Assembly: GCA_033442325.1 (NCBI GenBank)
Contig: JAWQFM010000022.1
Location: forward strand, 446,025 to 510,024
Source of the DNA: Salpingoeca rosetta
Taxonomy: Eukaryota > Protista > Choanoflagellata
DNA: 64,000 bases
Direction: 5' to 3'
The position numbers and the translations under genes are program-made. Below are positions 1 through 14,020 of the stretch, piece after piece (the first letter of the stretch is position 1; the number at the start of each line of letters is the position of its first letter). The notes beneath the pieces are model-generated. The model was not told the DNA's origin and searched no databases. It saw nothing but the letters and a program-made list of their open reading frames with translations.

Positions 1-40
1 TTTTTTTTTTTATTTTTTTTTTTTTTTTTTTTATTATTTT
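1..40. repeat. poly(T) tract, probably intronic to the MEGF8-like gene
   Basis: Nearly pure T run at the window start. Confidence 0.8.
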
Positions 41-108
41 TCTAAAAACAGAGATCTTTTTTCCTGCTTAGTCGCGCGCGCACACACACACAAACACGCA
101 GACCCGGC

Positions 109-142
<34 letters not shown>

Positions 143-144
<2 letters not shown>

Positions 145-3100
145 GCGCGGGCGCGTGGGCGCTGCGTGCGAACAAGAGGTTGAGGACGACCGCTGGTACA
201 CTGCCATCACGGACGATGCGTTATTTCCCGCCCGTACCCGCCACGCCGCTGCCGTGGACCAGGTGCCACGCGAACTCACCCTCCTTGCCTCGCGCGTGTG
301 TGTATGCAGAACTTGTGTGGTGTTCTTCCCCCCCTCCCCCCCCCACCATCTCTGCCTCACAATATCTTCCTCACAATATCTTCCTCTCAATGTCTTCCTC
401 TCTTCCTCGCTATCTTTCCCTCCCCCTCTCCCCCTCTCCCCCCTCTCTCTCTGTCTCTCTCTCCCCTCCTCCCCCTCTATGCCCCCCCCCCTCTCTCGCG
501 GTGCTCCACGCTCACCCTTCATTCAACCAACCATTTTGTGCACCCCACCAGGCGTCGGGGACCGTGTATGTGTTTGGCGGCCACAGCTTTGGAGAATTCT
601 TCGGCGACCTCCTCGCCCTCAACCTGGACGTGCGTTCCGCTTGTTGCTTGAGTCACAACACAACACAACACAACACAACACAACACAACACAACACAACA
701 CAACACAACACAACACAACACAACACAACACAACACAACACAACACAACACAACACAACACAACACAACATCAACACCAACACAACACAACACAGCACAA
801 CATCAACACCAACACCAACACCAACATCAACACAACACACAGAGCACAGCCAAACAACACCACCAACAACTAAGACAACAACAACACCCACACAACATTA
901 CGCAACACGACGCGCGCAAAATCTCACACCCCCATCCATGTCGCACCGCACAGACGATGGTATGGACGAGCGTGTGGCAGCCGCCGTCACCGCAATTGTC
1001 ATCAGGAGCAGTGGATGCCTTCCCGTCTCCACGCCACTCTGCCACCCTGTCGCTGTATGCGGGGGTGCTGGTGCTGGTGGGCGGTGTGACGGAGCACGGC
1101 ATCAGCAGCGACATCTGGCTGTTCAACACCACCGCCCCCAGTGCCGGGTGGATGCAGGTGGTGCCAACGGAGGTGTGCGTGAGCACATGTCCTCTTGGCG
1201 CCGTTTACCGCAACGCGCGCTGCGTTGTTGATCCAGATGCACCCACGAATGGCGATGGTGATGGCGATGACGGGTCGCCATCGGCCACAACAACTGCACC
1301 AGCACCGGCAACGTCACTGGAACCTGGCACGGGCAATGCCACCGCATCGGCCACAATGACAGCCGCCACATCAGCAGCAACAGCAATGACACCCGCCGCG
1401 CCATCGCCCACGGCAACAACAGCAGCGCCCGGCCCCTCCTCCACCAGCACCGCGCCACGGATGGTGTGTGAGCGAGGCACGCTGCCGCCGCTGGCAGACC
1501 ACACGGCGACGGTGGTTGGCGACTTCATCTTCCTGATTGGCGGGCGTGCTCCGGACGATGAGTTCAGTGGTGTGATGCACCGCCTCAACATGCAGGCGCC
1601 GCCGCCGCCAACACACACGCACGCATCAACCAGCCACGACAGCACGAACACCACGAACAGCACCAGCATTGCCAACCATACTACAACCACCATCACCACC
1701 ACCATTACAACAACCACGACCACAACCACGACCACCACCGGTCCTGCTTCGTCTTCGGCATTTGCCGGGCTGCATGTTGGTGTGGAGCGCATCCCTGTGG
1801 CAAAACCGCTGTTTCTGGAGGTTGTTGGCCACACGAGCGTGTACCATCCGCCCACCGACAGCATATACGTGTTTGGCGGGTTTAAGCCGTATCACGCCCG
1901 CTACGCAGACGAGCGTGATGCCCTGTACATCTTCCACGTCGCCGAGCTGGCCTGGTCAACGGTGTGTACATGTGTACATGTGTGCACGTGCGTGTGCATG
2001 TTTACATATGTGGCGCCACTGTGTGTTCGTGTGCATGCAGTGATGTCGTCCGAACTGGTTGCTGTTGTATTCGTGGCGTCTGACAAGGCATCTCCAATTC
2101 TACCTCCTCACACACACTCTCACTCACACTCACACACACTCACTCACACACACACACATACTCACACTCACTCACTCACACTCACGCACCTTTGCTTGCA
2201 TCACGGTGCAGCCGCGCACGCCTCGCGGGAATGCCCCACCCGGCCTGGCCTTCCACACAGCAACACTGTTGGACGACACGATGGTGCTGTATGGTGGCAC
2301 ACACCACGTCCATTACGAAGAGGAGATTTGCTACAGCAACCACATGCACGTGTACCACTTTCGCTGCAACGCCTGGTCGCTCGAGACAGACGTCACTGAC
2401 CAAGGTCCTGCTCAGTGCCCTGGCCGTGCGTTGCTGCAGTTGCCAAATTGCCCTTGCCAATGTTGCACACGCACACACGTTCACTCACCCGACCCCCCTC
2501 ACACCACCTCACACTACCTCACACCGTGCTTGCAGGCATCACGCGAGGACGACAGGGCCACGCCGCTGTTGCTGCCGACAGCAACACGCTGGTGGTGGTG
2601 GGCGGCTTCGACGGGCGCACGCGTGGGGACGTGCTGCTGGTGCGGGGATCGCCTGGCTGGTGCTCTGCCCACGCGGACGAGGACAGCTGCATTGCCACGA
2701 CTGCTTGCGGTGCATGCGTGCAGCCCGCGGGCACTGGCGGTGATGACAGCGGCGCTGTCATGCGCGCGTTTGTTGAGCTGCACAACTCCACGCTTGCGCC
2801 GTCGCCATGGCTGGTGCGTGCGAGTGAGGCTGCAGCAGCAACAGCGCCTGCAACAGCACTTGCCGTTGCCAGTCACTACGCTGCGAGCGTCACAGCAGCG
2901 CACGTGATGACAGCAGCCAACGTCGTCGCCTGTCTCAAAGCGTGCGCTGACCTCGGCGATGCATGTGTCGGTGTCAGCGTTGAGCAGCTCAGCGATGGCA
3001 CTGTCAACTGCACGCTGGCATCTGTTTCCACCAAGTGCGCCCCGTTTGCCGGTGCCAGTGTGCTGTTTCGCCCCTCCACGCCACAGGCGGACGCCTTTGT

Positions 3101-3252
3101 TGTCTACGAGAAGCGCACGCTAGCTGCTGCACCCTGCGCTCTCCATCAGCCCATTCTCCAGGTGTGACACACACACACTCACACACACTCACACACACAC
3201 ACACACTCACACACACACACGCAACACACGCACACACACATACACACACACG

Positions 3253-3321
<69 letters not shown>

Positions 3322-6300
3322 GCACACACACACACACACACGCACACACACACACACACACACACGCGCACACACACACACACACGCACACACACACACA
3401 CACTCACTCACACTCAATCACACACGCACACATGTGTGTGAACGTCGACATTTGTGCATGACAACACCCCTGCTTCTCTTTTTGCCTTCTCAACACCTCC
3501 TCTCCAACGTCTCCTCTCCTCCCCCCGCTTCCCGCTCACGCGTCCACCCTGCCCCTCTTTCAATTCCGTCCTTCCTCTCTCCTGTTTCCTCGACAGGCCC
3601 TCGAGGACCACCTTCGCGATGCGCAGCAGCACCAACTCCTGTACCAGCGCTGCCTGTCGGTGTCTGCCACAGGACCACACTGCACGTGTGCGCCAAACGC
3701 GGCTCGCAACACGTCCCTGTCGTCCCTGCAGTGTTACCCCACGACCAACTGCTCGTCCACAGACCCAGCGCCGTCTTCGCCTGTGCCTTGTCCTCCCACA
3801 AGCAACGCCACCAGCCAGCAGCAAGAGCAGCAACAACAACCACGGTGCTTTGGTGCAGACGCCCCGTATCTGCTGCACATCACCCCAGGCAACAGCAGCG
3901 CCGCGTTTGCATGTGTCTCTGCTCGCGACTGCATTGCACTACGCGGCGTTCCAACACCAGCAGCACAACCAGCAGATGCGAGAACACAGCCCGACTTGTG
4001 CGCGTTTGACAGCATCTCCCCATACCCAGCGCTCATCGGGTCATCGTCGTCACCATCGTCGTCACCATCGTCGTCACCATCTCCAGCATCAACCCTCACG
4101 TCATCAGCCGCCCCGCCCACCACGACAGCAGCGGGTACCAGCATGGGCATGATCGACGACAACACCATGCTTCCTTTCTGTTTCGCTGACCCAACAACAG
4201 CCGGCCAGCTCTTCCGCAACCAGTCTGACTTCCACACCACCCTGCTCACCGCCGATGACCCTCCCACCCTCTCCGCCACAGTTGCGTTTGTGCCAGCGTT
4301 TGACCCCCTGCTTGCCATCGCCGACACGCCTGCTGCTGTAGCTGGTGCTGTGCCGGACGCGCGCCACGGCGACTGCTACGTGAGCGCCATGGCCACGCAG
4401 CCGCTGTGGTCGGCAACGCTCGCTGCGCCAACACCCATCGCAACGGTGGTTGTGCAGGGCAGCACGCCTTCGTGCTTTGACGCACCAGGAGCAGGGCCCG
4501 CAGCGCAGCAGCTGTGCATCCCTGAAACGCAGGATGTGCGCGTGGTGGTTGGCACCGATCCCACACACGTGCTTGCAGGCAAGACCTGCGGCTCTGTTCG
4601 CCTGAACGGTGGCCAGCCGGCAACAGTGTCGTGCGGCGGCGAGGTGGCCAGCGTCATCATCGTCCTCGCTCAGGCCGGCCCCACCATGCTCACGCTGTGC
4701 TCCGTACGCGCGTTTGCTGCATCAGACGCCGCCGCTGTTGAGGATGGGGTTGCATGCGGCAGCCGTGGCGATGGCGTGTGGATGTCGGGTGCCTGCACGT
4801 CGCACTGCAACGCCCACCGACAGTGCTCGGAGTGCGCTGCTGATGACCTCTGCGTGTGGTGTCACGGCACGAGCACGTGCGTGTCGCTCTTTGCGGACTC
4901 TGGCGCCGCGTTGGACGAGGAGGATGCGTGCCCGACCGCCATGGATGTGCCCGTCACGTCCACATCGCAGTGCCACCTGCACCGCCCGACCACGGGCATC
5001 ACGCGGGAGCAGTTCTTTGATCTGCGCGGGTCCTGGACCCTGCACGGCTTCCGAACGTCGTTTGAGTTCCAGCACAGCTTCCCCTCCACGTCCCAAATTA
5101 TCACCTCCTCCTTTGCCGTCAGCGACACGGATGAGAACTTTGGCGAGCGCATCCACGGCTACTTTGTGCCTGCAGCAACAGACACCTACCGCTTCTACAT
5201 CCGCAGTCGGCAGGGCTACTATGCTGAGCTGTTTCTCAACACCAACGCCTCCGCGGTGGATCCCGCGTCAACTGCAGTCATCGTCGCCCGCCAGTCACCA
5301 ACATCCTCGCGGCCACAACAGTCGTTTACAGACAGCAGCGTGCAGTCGCTTGCGGCAGTGCACCTCAGCAAGGGCGCCCGCTACTACATTGCCTCGCACG
5401 TGTTTGTGTACAGCCGCAGCTCGTTTGGCCGGCACGAGGTTGCCGTTGCTGCCAAACGCGCGAGCGATCCAACGGGCGTGAGCGACGCAGACATCATCCC
5501 AGGCGCACGCCTGCGCCCCTTTGAGGCGGATGTGTGCAGCAGCATCGACAACTGCTTTGGTTGCACGGCCGCTGCCAACTGCGGGTGGTGTGGGAACACG
5601 TGCATGCCCCTGGATCGCGTGTCCCCCAGCACCTGCACCTCGTTTGCGTACACGGACGACCAGTGCGCACAGTGCAATGAGTTTACGGACTGTGACGAGT
5701 GCATCGCCACAGCGCACTGCGAGTGGATCCTGTACGCGTGCCGCCGCGTCTCTGGACATTCGCTGGCGGTCACCGCCACAAACGACCTGTCGTGTCCGGT
5801 GCCATGCACGGAGCGCACGTCATGCGCAACGTGCACGGACAGCCAGAGCTGTGGGTGGTGCGCCTCCACCAACACGTGCTTTGACTTCAATGGCTACCTC
5901 ACCCGCTTTGCAGATGGCGAGTGCGAGTCTTGGCACACGTCGGCGTCCACCTGCCCAGATTGTAGCGCACACACCACGTGCACGTCCTGTGTTGCTGACT
6001 TTCAGTGCGGCTGGCTGTACGCCCACGACAACGCGGCCGTCGGCGCGTGTATTTCCGGCGACTTTGCTGGCCCCTTCAATCGCAGCGCTGCCGCCGTGCC
6101 GGAGTCGCTGCTTGAGGCCATTGCCAACACATCCCAGCTCTTCAGCCCCCACAACACCTCCTCATCTTCGACAGTAATTAGTCCTGCCAACAGCACCAAC
6201 AGCACCAGCGACACCACGAGGGCAGCGGCAGACATGTACCCGCTGGCATATGTGTACGACACGTGCCCCGATGTGGACGAGTGCCGATTTGAGTACGACG

Positions 6301-8917
6301 ACTGCCCGGGCAACGCCACGTGCGTTGATGAGCCGAGTGGGGAGCACCTGCGCAGCTACCGGTGCGAGTGCAACCCCGGGTATGCAGCAACAACGGCGGG
6401 CACGGGCGAAGGAGGTGGCGGACAGGGCCTGATGTGCACGCCCATGTGCCCTGGCTGTGTGCAGGGCGACTGCATTGCGCCCAACACGTGTCAGTGCCAC
6501 CGCTTCTTTTCCGGTGCAAACTGCACAGAGTGCACACCCATTGGCTCGCTGCTGCCTTCGGCAACCACCACGACAACGCAACCAACGACCAACACCACCG
6601 CTCACAACACCACCGCCAGCGTGAACGGCACGACCACCTCCCCCGCGACTACCATGCTGCGTGTCAACGTGTGCGGGGCCAATGCCGTGTGCGCACCACC
6701 GGGCTGGAACACATCGTTGCCCTTCAACGTGAGCGAGCACATCAGCGGGTACCCATCATCGCCATCCTCCCCGTCGTCGTCGTCATCATCGCCTGCGTTT
6801 GAGTGCCAGTGCGCGCCCGACTACGCTGCACCCGTACATGCCAGTGCCGGCTGTGAGCCGCAGTGCACCACGCACGGATGCGTGCACGGCACATGCGTCG
6901 CTCCAGACACGTGCGCGTGCGATGAGGGCTGGGAAGGCGCAAACTGCACGACGTGCGTGCAAGGTGCGCATGACGAGTGCCACGAGGACGCCGTGTGCTA
7001 TGACGCCAACGGCGACCTTGGGTGCCGATGCAAGGACGGATATGCAGGCAACGGCCGCACCGCGTGCTTTCCCGTGTGTGTGCCGGCGTGCTCCGACTTT
7101 GGCACATGCGTTGCACCCAACCAATGCGAGTGCCAGACGGGCTTCACGGGTCTTGTGTGCGACAAGTGCAATGCATCGCAAGCGCAGACGGTGCACGGGT
7201 GTGACGAGCACGCCACCTGCCGTGTTGACCTGGACCCGCTCACGCTCGTGTGGACGCAGTCGTGCGAGTGCAACCGCGGCTACCACGGGTCTGGCAAGGT
7301 GTGCGATGCCACCTGCGCCGCGTGCGAGTTTGGGCAGTGCACAGAGCCCGAAGTGTGCACATGCGCGCCCTTTGCCAGCGGGGCGGCGTGTGACGCGTGT
7401 GCAAATGCCACCATGTGCAGCAGCGTGGCCTTTTGCGCCAAGTCTCTACCGGATCTCACCGCCATCCTCACCAACGGCAGCAGCAGCAGCAACAGCACTG
7501 CTCCGGGTGGCGGTGGTGGGTCGGCTGCGCTCATCCCTCATCGACGCCACATTCCGCTTGAAGGCGAAACCACACGTTACGTGGTGGCTGTGGAGCAGGG
7601 AACAAGGGCGCCGTCGTCAGCAGAGACGGCAGCATCCGTCATGATCAACACCACCTTTATCGAGCACTCGCATGAGTTTTGCGCGTGTCCGCCTGGGTTT
7701 GAAGGCGACGGGCTGACATGCACGCCCGTGTGCTCGCAGGGGTGTGTCAATGGCCAGTGTTCGTATGCTGCTCGCGTTGATGGCACCTTTGGCAACTGCA
7801 CGTGCGCTGTGGGCTTTGTGGGAGACGACTGCAGCGTGTGTGTACCTGGAGTGGCGGAGTGTGCTGCCAACGCCACATGCAAGGCCTCCACCAACGGGCA
7901 CATGATGTGCCAATGCGATGATGGGTTCGCAGGGGACGGCAACGTGGCCTGTGCCCCGGTGTGTACACAGGGGTGTGTGCACGGCACCTGTGTTGCGCCC
8001 AACACGTGCGCGTGTCAGGTTGGCTTTGCAGGCAACAACTGCACCATGTGCGACATGACCGCTGCGGACTATCCGTGTGCACCCGAGGCCCTGTGCACAA
8101 TGGAGCCAGCACCCAGCACGGCAACAGGGTTTGCACCACGCTGCACTTGCCCTCCTGGCTATGCCGGTGACGGCAGCGTGTGCGAGCCCGTGTGCTCTGC
8201 ATGCATGTTTGGCACGTGCACCGCCCCTGAGACGTGCACCTGCGATGAAGGGTTTGTGGGTGATGCTTGCGCATTCTGCGATCCACAACACCCGCCGTGT
8301 GGCCTGCACGCGTCCTGCGTTCCAGTGCACAACAACAACAACAGCAGCAGCAACAACAGCAACAACAACAACCACAACAACAACAACAACAGCAGCAGCA
8401 GCACTACCACCACCGCCACTGCCACCATCAGTAATGCAACTGCAATGACCAACAGCAGCAGCACCACAAACAGCACGATGCGTGGCGTGTGCCAGTGTGA
8501 TGACGGCTACGCTGGCGACGCGCTTCTGGGCTGTGCACCCGTCTGCGCACACGCGTGCCAGAACGGCAACTGCACGGCACCTGACACTTGCACCTGTAAC
8601 CCCGGCTTTATGGGTCCCTTGTGCGAGCAGTGCGTGCCTGATGATCACAGATGCACAGCGCACGCATCGTGCGTGTTTCTCAATGCCACCACAACTACCA
8701 CCACCAGCAGCACCACCAGCAGCAGCACCAGCAGCGAAAAGAGTGCAGGGTTCTACTGCATATGTGATGAAGGGTATGTGAGGCGCGGAAGTGCTTGCGA
8801 GCCAGTGTGCCTGCAGGGATGCGTGCACGGCTCGTGCATTGCGCCCGGCATGTGTGCGTGCGATGACGGATGGCTTAACGTGGATGCTGCAAACTGCACA
8901 GAATGCAACCCCGACGG

Positions 8918-8951
<34 letters not shown>

Positions 8952-11852
8952 GACAATGGTGCAACTTCCGTGTGCACGGAGCACGCCACGTGCAATGCCG
9001 CGTCGCGGGCGTGCGAGTGCGATGTCGGTTACGCACCGCAAGGGCAGGTTGCTGGCGGCTATGGCTCGTGCAGCCCCGTGTGTGCGCCTGCGTGTGTTCA
9101 CGGCACGTGTGTGGCACCGAACGCGTGCAACTGCCAGGACGACTGGGGCGGCCCCACGTGCGAGGCATGTCCACCCAACACCATCTGCAGTGCTCGCGGG
9201 TCCGTGTGCGACAAGCTCAGCGACGCACAGGTGCTGGCGTTCTCCAGCAAGTACCCTGGCTTCCGCTTTGTGTTTGAGACCAACACGACCGCAGATCTGC
9301 TGCGGCAGTATCAGTGCACGTGTGCACACGGGTGGGCGGGCGACGGCGCCACATGCCAGCCCGTGTGCGATGAGCCCTGTGTGCACGGCGAGTGCACGGG
9401 GCACAACACATGCACGTGTGACACATCGGAGAACAGCGGTAACCCTGCATGGGCTGGCCCGCTCTGCACGGATTGCATCGCCATCGAGCATGGCTGTCAC
9501 CCCAATGCCACCTGCGCCTCGTCATCGTCATCCTCCTCGGGAGATGTGACGTGCCAGTGCAAGCCTGGGTTTGAGGGCGACGGAAGAACATGTTCCCCCG
9601 TGTGTGAGGACGGGTGTGTGCACGGCACATGCGTCGCCCCAAACACGTGCGTGTGCGACGCTTCCACTTTTGACGACAGCGACAGCGGCGTTCCTGCTTG
9701 GGCTGGGGCTGATTGCTCCATCTGCCTGCCAGAACAGCACGGATGCCACCCCAACGCGTCGTGCACGGCCAAGACCGCCCCGCTTGGCGCCGACCCACCA
9801 ATCGCGTGTGTGTGCAACGACGGCTATGAGGGAGACGGCATGGCGTGCGCGCCCATCTGCACGGACCCCTGTGTGAACGGTACGTGCACGGCGCCGGACG
9901 TGTGCTCGTGTCACCTCGGGTTCACTGGCGAAAACTGCGACGTGAACTGCATGTGCAGCTTCTCCAGCTCCTGCGAGGACCAGGGCCCTGGCGTGTGCGA
10001 CGCGTGCCAGCTGCACACCACGGGAACCTTTTGCGAGCGGTGTGAGGAAGGCTTCTACGGTGACCCTGGCAGTGGGGTGCCGTGCCAGCCGTGCCCGTGC
10101 AACGGACATGGCACGTGCCACCACCGCACAGGCGAGTGCACCTGCGATGAGACCACGCAGGGCACGCACTGCAATTCGTGTGCGTCGGGATACCACGGCA
10201 ACCCAAGCAATGGCGGGCCCTGCTACCGCTATTGCACACAGGACGTGAACCGCATTGTGCTGACGGCGGGCGAGGGCTGGATCTCGTCTGGGCCTTCAAC
10301 GTCGTGCTCTTACAGCAGCAGCAAGCGCTGCCACGCCCTGGAGCGCGCGTGCGTGTTTGTGATTGCGGCCAACGACAGCACAAGTTCCATTCGCCTGGAG
10401 ACGGAGGAGCTTGAGGTGGAGTGTGTCTACGACTCGCTGCGTGTGCTTGAAGGTGCATCGCAGTTCTCGCCCGAGATTGCAGTGCTGACGGGCTTCACGC
10501 CTCCGCCGCCCATTGTCTCGCGTGGCGCTGTCACGCTGCAGTGGTTCTCTGACTTCACGTGGGCTGAGAAGGGCTTCAAGATGCACTACGTGATTGAGCG
10601 CTGCCCGTTCATGTGCAACGGTCGCGGGACGTGCGATGAGGCCACGGGCGTTTGCCACTGCAGCGCAGGGTGGCAGGGCGAGGCGTGCGACGTTGAGGTG
10701 TGCCCCAATAACTGCAGCGTTGCTCTTGGCCAGGGCGTGTGCGTGGAAGACGACACGGGCGGTGATGGTGCTGGTGGCGGCGGCGGGTACAAGCGGTGCG
10801 TTTGCATGCACGGCTTCACGGGCCGCGACTGCGGTGACCCGCCCCACCACGGTGGGTGGAACGAGTACTTGGAGCGCATGCCAGAGCCGCTTGCCGGCGC
10901 TTCTGCGGTGTATGATCCCGTGACCAGCGCCGTGCTGCTGTTTGGCGGACGACCTCCACAGGTCATCCGCGACCCCGCGCTCAGCAACGCCCTTGTGGCG
11001 TTTGACGTGTCCACACGCACCTTCACCACCATTCATGGCAGCACGGAAGGCGATGGCAGTGCCGCTGGTGCTGCCGACAACAGTGGTGATGCAAGCAGTT
11101 CAGACGGCGACGGCCTTCGTGGCGGCGTACCCACCGCACGCTACGGCCACACCGCTGTGCTGAGCGTTGAGCGACGGCAGATGTTCGTGTTTGGTGGGAG
11201 GCTGCAGAGCACACGCGTGTCCAACAGCTTGTTCGTGTACGATGTGGATGCAGACGTATGGGAGCACGTGAAACCGCTTGGAGATGAGCTGGAGCCGCGA
11301 TTTGCACACACAGCAACGCTGGTGGACGGCCGCATGTATGTGATTGGCGGCGTGAGCAACGATGATGGCCTTGTCTTCAGGGCACAAGTGTTTGACCTGG
11401 ACACCCTCAACGTTGAGGTGGGCACTACTCAACATTGAAGGGGGGGGGAGGGGTGGGAGGAAAGAAGGGTGGGGTCGTGCGCATTAGTCGTGTGTGTATT
11501 GTGTGTGTATATAGTGTGTGTGTGTTGATTGTGTGTGTGTGTGTGTGTTGATTGTATGTGTATTGTGTGTGTGTGCGTGTGTGTTGATTGTGTGTATTAT
11601 GAGTGTGTGCTTGCGAGTATGCTCTCGTCACAACTCACCATCTCTCTGCCTCTCCCCTTCGAACCTCATGTCTCCAGACGCTGCCGCCATCTGGTGCGCA
11701 CCCTGCTGGTTTGCTCGGGGCGACTGCCGTGTTCTCGCCTGCCGCCAACCGCATTCTCCTCGTTGGCGGCGTTGGCCTTGAGCGCCAGATCAACGGCATC
11801 TACAACAGCAGGAAGCGATTCGCCTACCGCGCGGTGTGTGTGTGTGTGTGCG

Positions 11853-11897
<45 letters not shown>

Positions 11898-13938
11898 GTG
11901 TGTGTGCGTGTGTGTGCGTGTGTGTGCGTGTGTGTGTGTGCAAGTGTTTGCTCGTGGTTGTAGGGCTGATGTGTTATTTGCATTTGTAACACGTGTGGTT
12001 GTGTGAGTGTGCGCAGTCATATCCTTCACGAAGCACCAAGAGTCTGAAGACTTATACCTGCCATACCTGCCAACCGTGCTCTCTATTTGCTTTTCTCGTT
12101 TGCACACGCCGTTGTGGAAATGCTGCAGGTGCGACTTCAAGATGACGTGTATGCCTTTGACGTGCGGAATGCGACGTGGGCGAGTGTCGCGCCGTTGCCG
12201 CGTGCCCGCGCGTTCCACGCGTCGTTTCTTCTTGACCGTTTCCTGGTACGCAGCAGTCTCGGCATCACGGTGCAGGCATCATTCAATACACAATGCTCAT
12301 GCACACGCACATGCTCATGCTCACATATGCACGTGCTCACATATGCACGTGCTCACATATGCACGCCTCCCCTCCCACGCACACACACACACACATACAC
12401 ACGCACACACACACACACATACACACGCACACACACACACACACATACACACACACACACACACACGCATGTACATCTGCAGGTGACTTTTGCCGGCAAC
12501 AGTTTCCAGCACGGGTCTGGTGGCGACTGTCCAGACTCGAGTGTGTACGTGTACGACACGCAGTGCGACGAGTGGCTCTCTGCTGACAGTGCGCTCGTGC
12601 AGCTTTTCAGCCAGGAGGAAGTGCCGTTTGGTCGCTCTTTTGCTGCCACCGCACACATCATTCACGGCGACACACACATGCACGACGCTGCTGCCCCCTC
12701 CCTGGCGACGAACGGCAGCAGCAGTACAAGTGGCGGTGGCCGCGCCGGCGGCACAAGTGGCGGTGATGCGAGTGGTGCCGATGGTGTGGTGCTCACGCAG
12801 CCACCGGAATCTGCTTGGATGTTTGGCGGCTTTGGACGCACCATGCTGGATGACGTGTATGAGATTCGATTGCCCAACTGCAGCGCCGCGCACGCCAATG
12901 CAACGCAGTGCACGCAAACCTCCGGCTGTGTGTGGTGTGGCGATGATGATGGTGGTGGCGGCAGCTGCGTGCTTGGGGTTGGAGCCACGGCCGAGGACAC
13001 ATGCGCACGTGAGAGCACGTGTGCGGCACCCCCGTCCTGCTCCACAATTCGCACATGCGGCCAGTGCGCCTCCCGCGACGACTGCTACTGGGTGATCACA
13101 ACAACAGGACAATTTGCTGGTGAGTGTGCACATGCGCATGCTATTGCTTGCGTGATTTGTGTTGATGCGTGCCTGGTTTTGTGTTGATGCGTGCGTTGTA
13201 GTGTTGTCTTCGCGATTGCTTCAGGTTTCGTTTGCCTCGTTTTTGTTTTTGTTGCTGTACCGCCTGTCTCCGACCTATGCCTAACGTTCCTTGCCATCGC
13301 TGACCGTGCGCAGGCCTTGCTGGCACATGCCACAGCGCTGCCGGCACGGCAGCCACCGGCATTCAGGCGAATTACTGTGACCAATGCGGAATCCGCTCAT
13401 CCTGCAAGGCTTGCACAGACCCAGGTATATGTGTGTATGTGTGTGTGTGTGTGTGTGCATGCGTGCGTATGTCTGCACGTGTTCTGTTCTGACGCGACCT
13501 CACAATGGACGTTTTTGTGTTTTGCTGCAGAATTCTTGTACGAGTGCGGCTGGTTTGAACAGTCCACCTTCAAGTGAGTAAATTGGTGCTCGAATGCTGC
13601 TGTGCTTTGCCATGTTGATGCCATTCTTCATTAGGCTTTGGTTTGCGTTGTTCCTCACACAAATTGTGATTGACGAATTGTGTGTTGTATGTATGTGTGT
13701 GCTTGCGTGTGTGTGTGCAGCGAGCACTTCTGCTTTGACAAGGAATCGCCTATCAACGCCATCCCAGATACAATGTAAGGCCGAGATGTTTGTGTTTGCT
13801 GTGTTGCCTTCTTATTGTTTTGGTTGGTTTCTCCGTACACAACACGCTGGCGTCCACCTCTCGCCTCTAAATTCCTTCACCCACCCGGCTCACATACACA
13901 TTGTCGCATCCCACAACACACACTCACACACGTACACA

Positions 13939-14020
<82 letters not shown>

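Noticed and set aside
3004-3420. Numerous ORFs reading VCVCVC/HTHTHT here and throughout the window
   Set aside because: Translations of intronic (CA)n/(GT)n microsatellites; no coding signal
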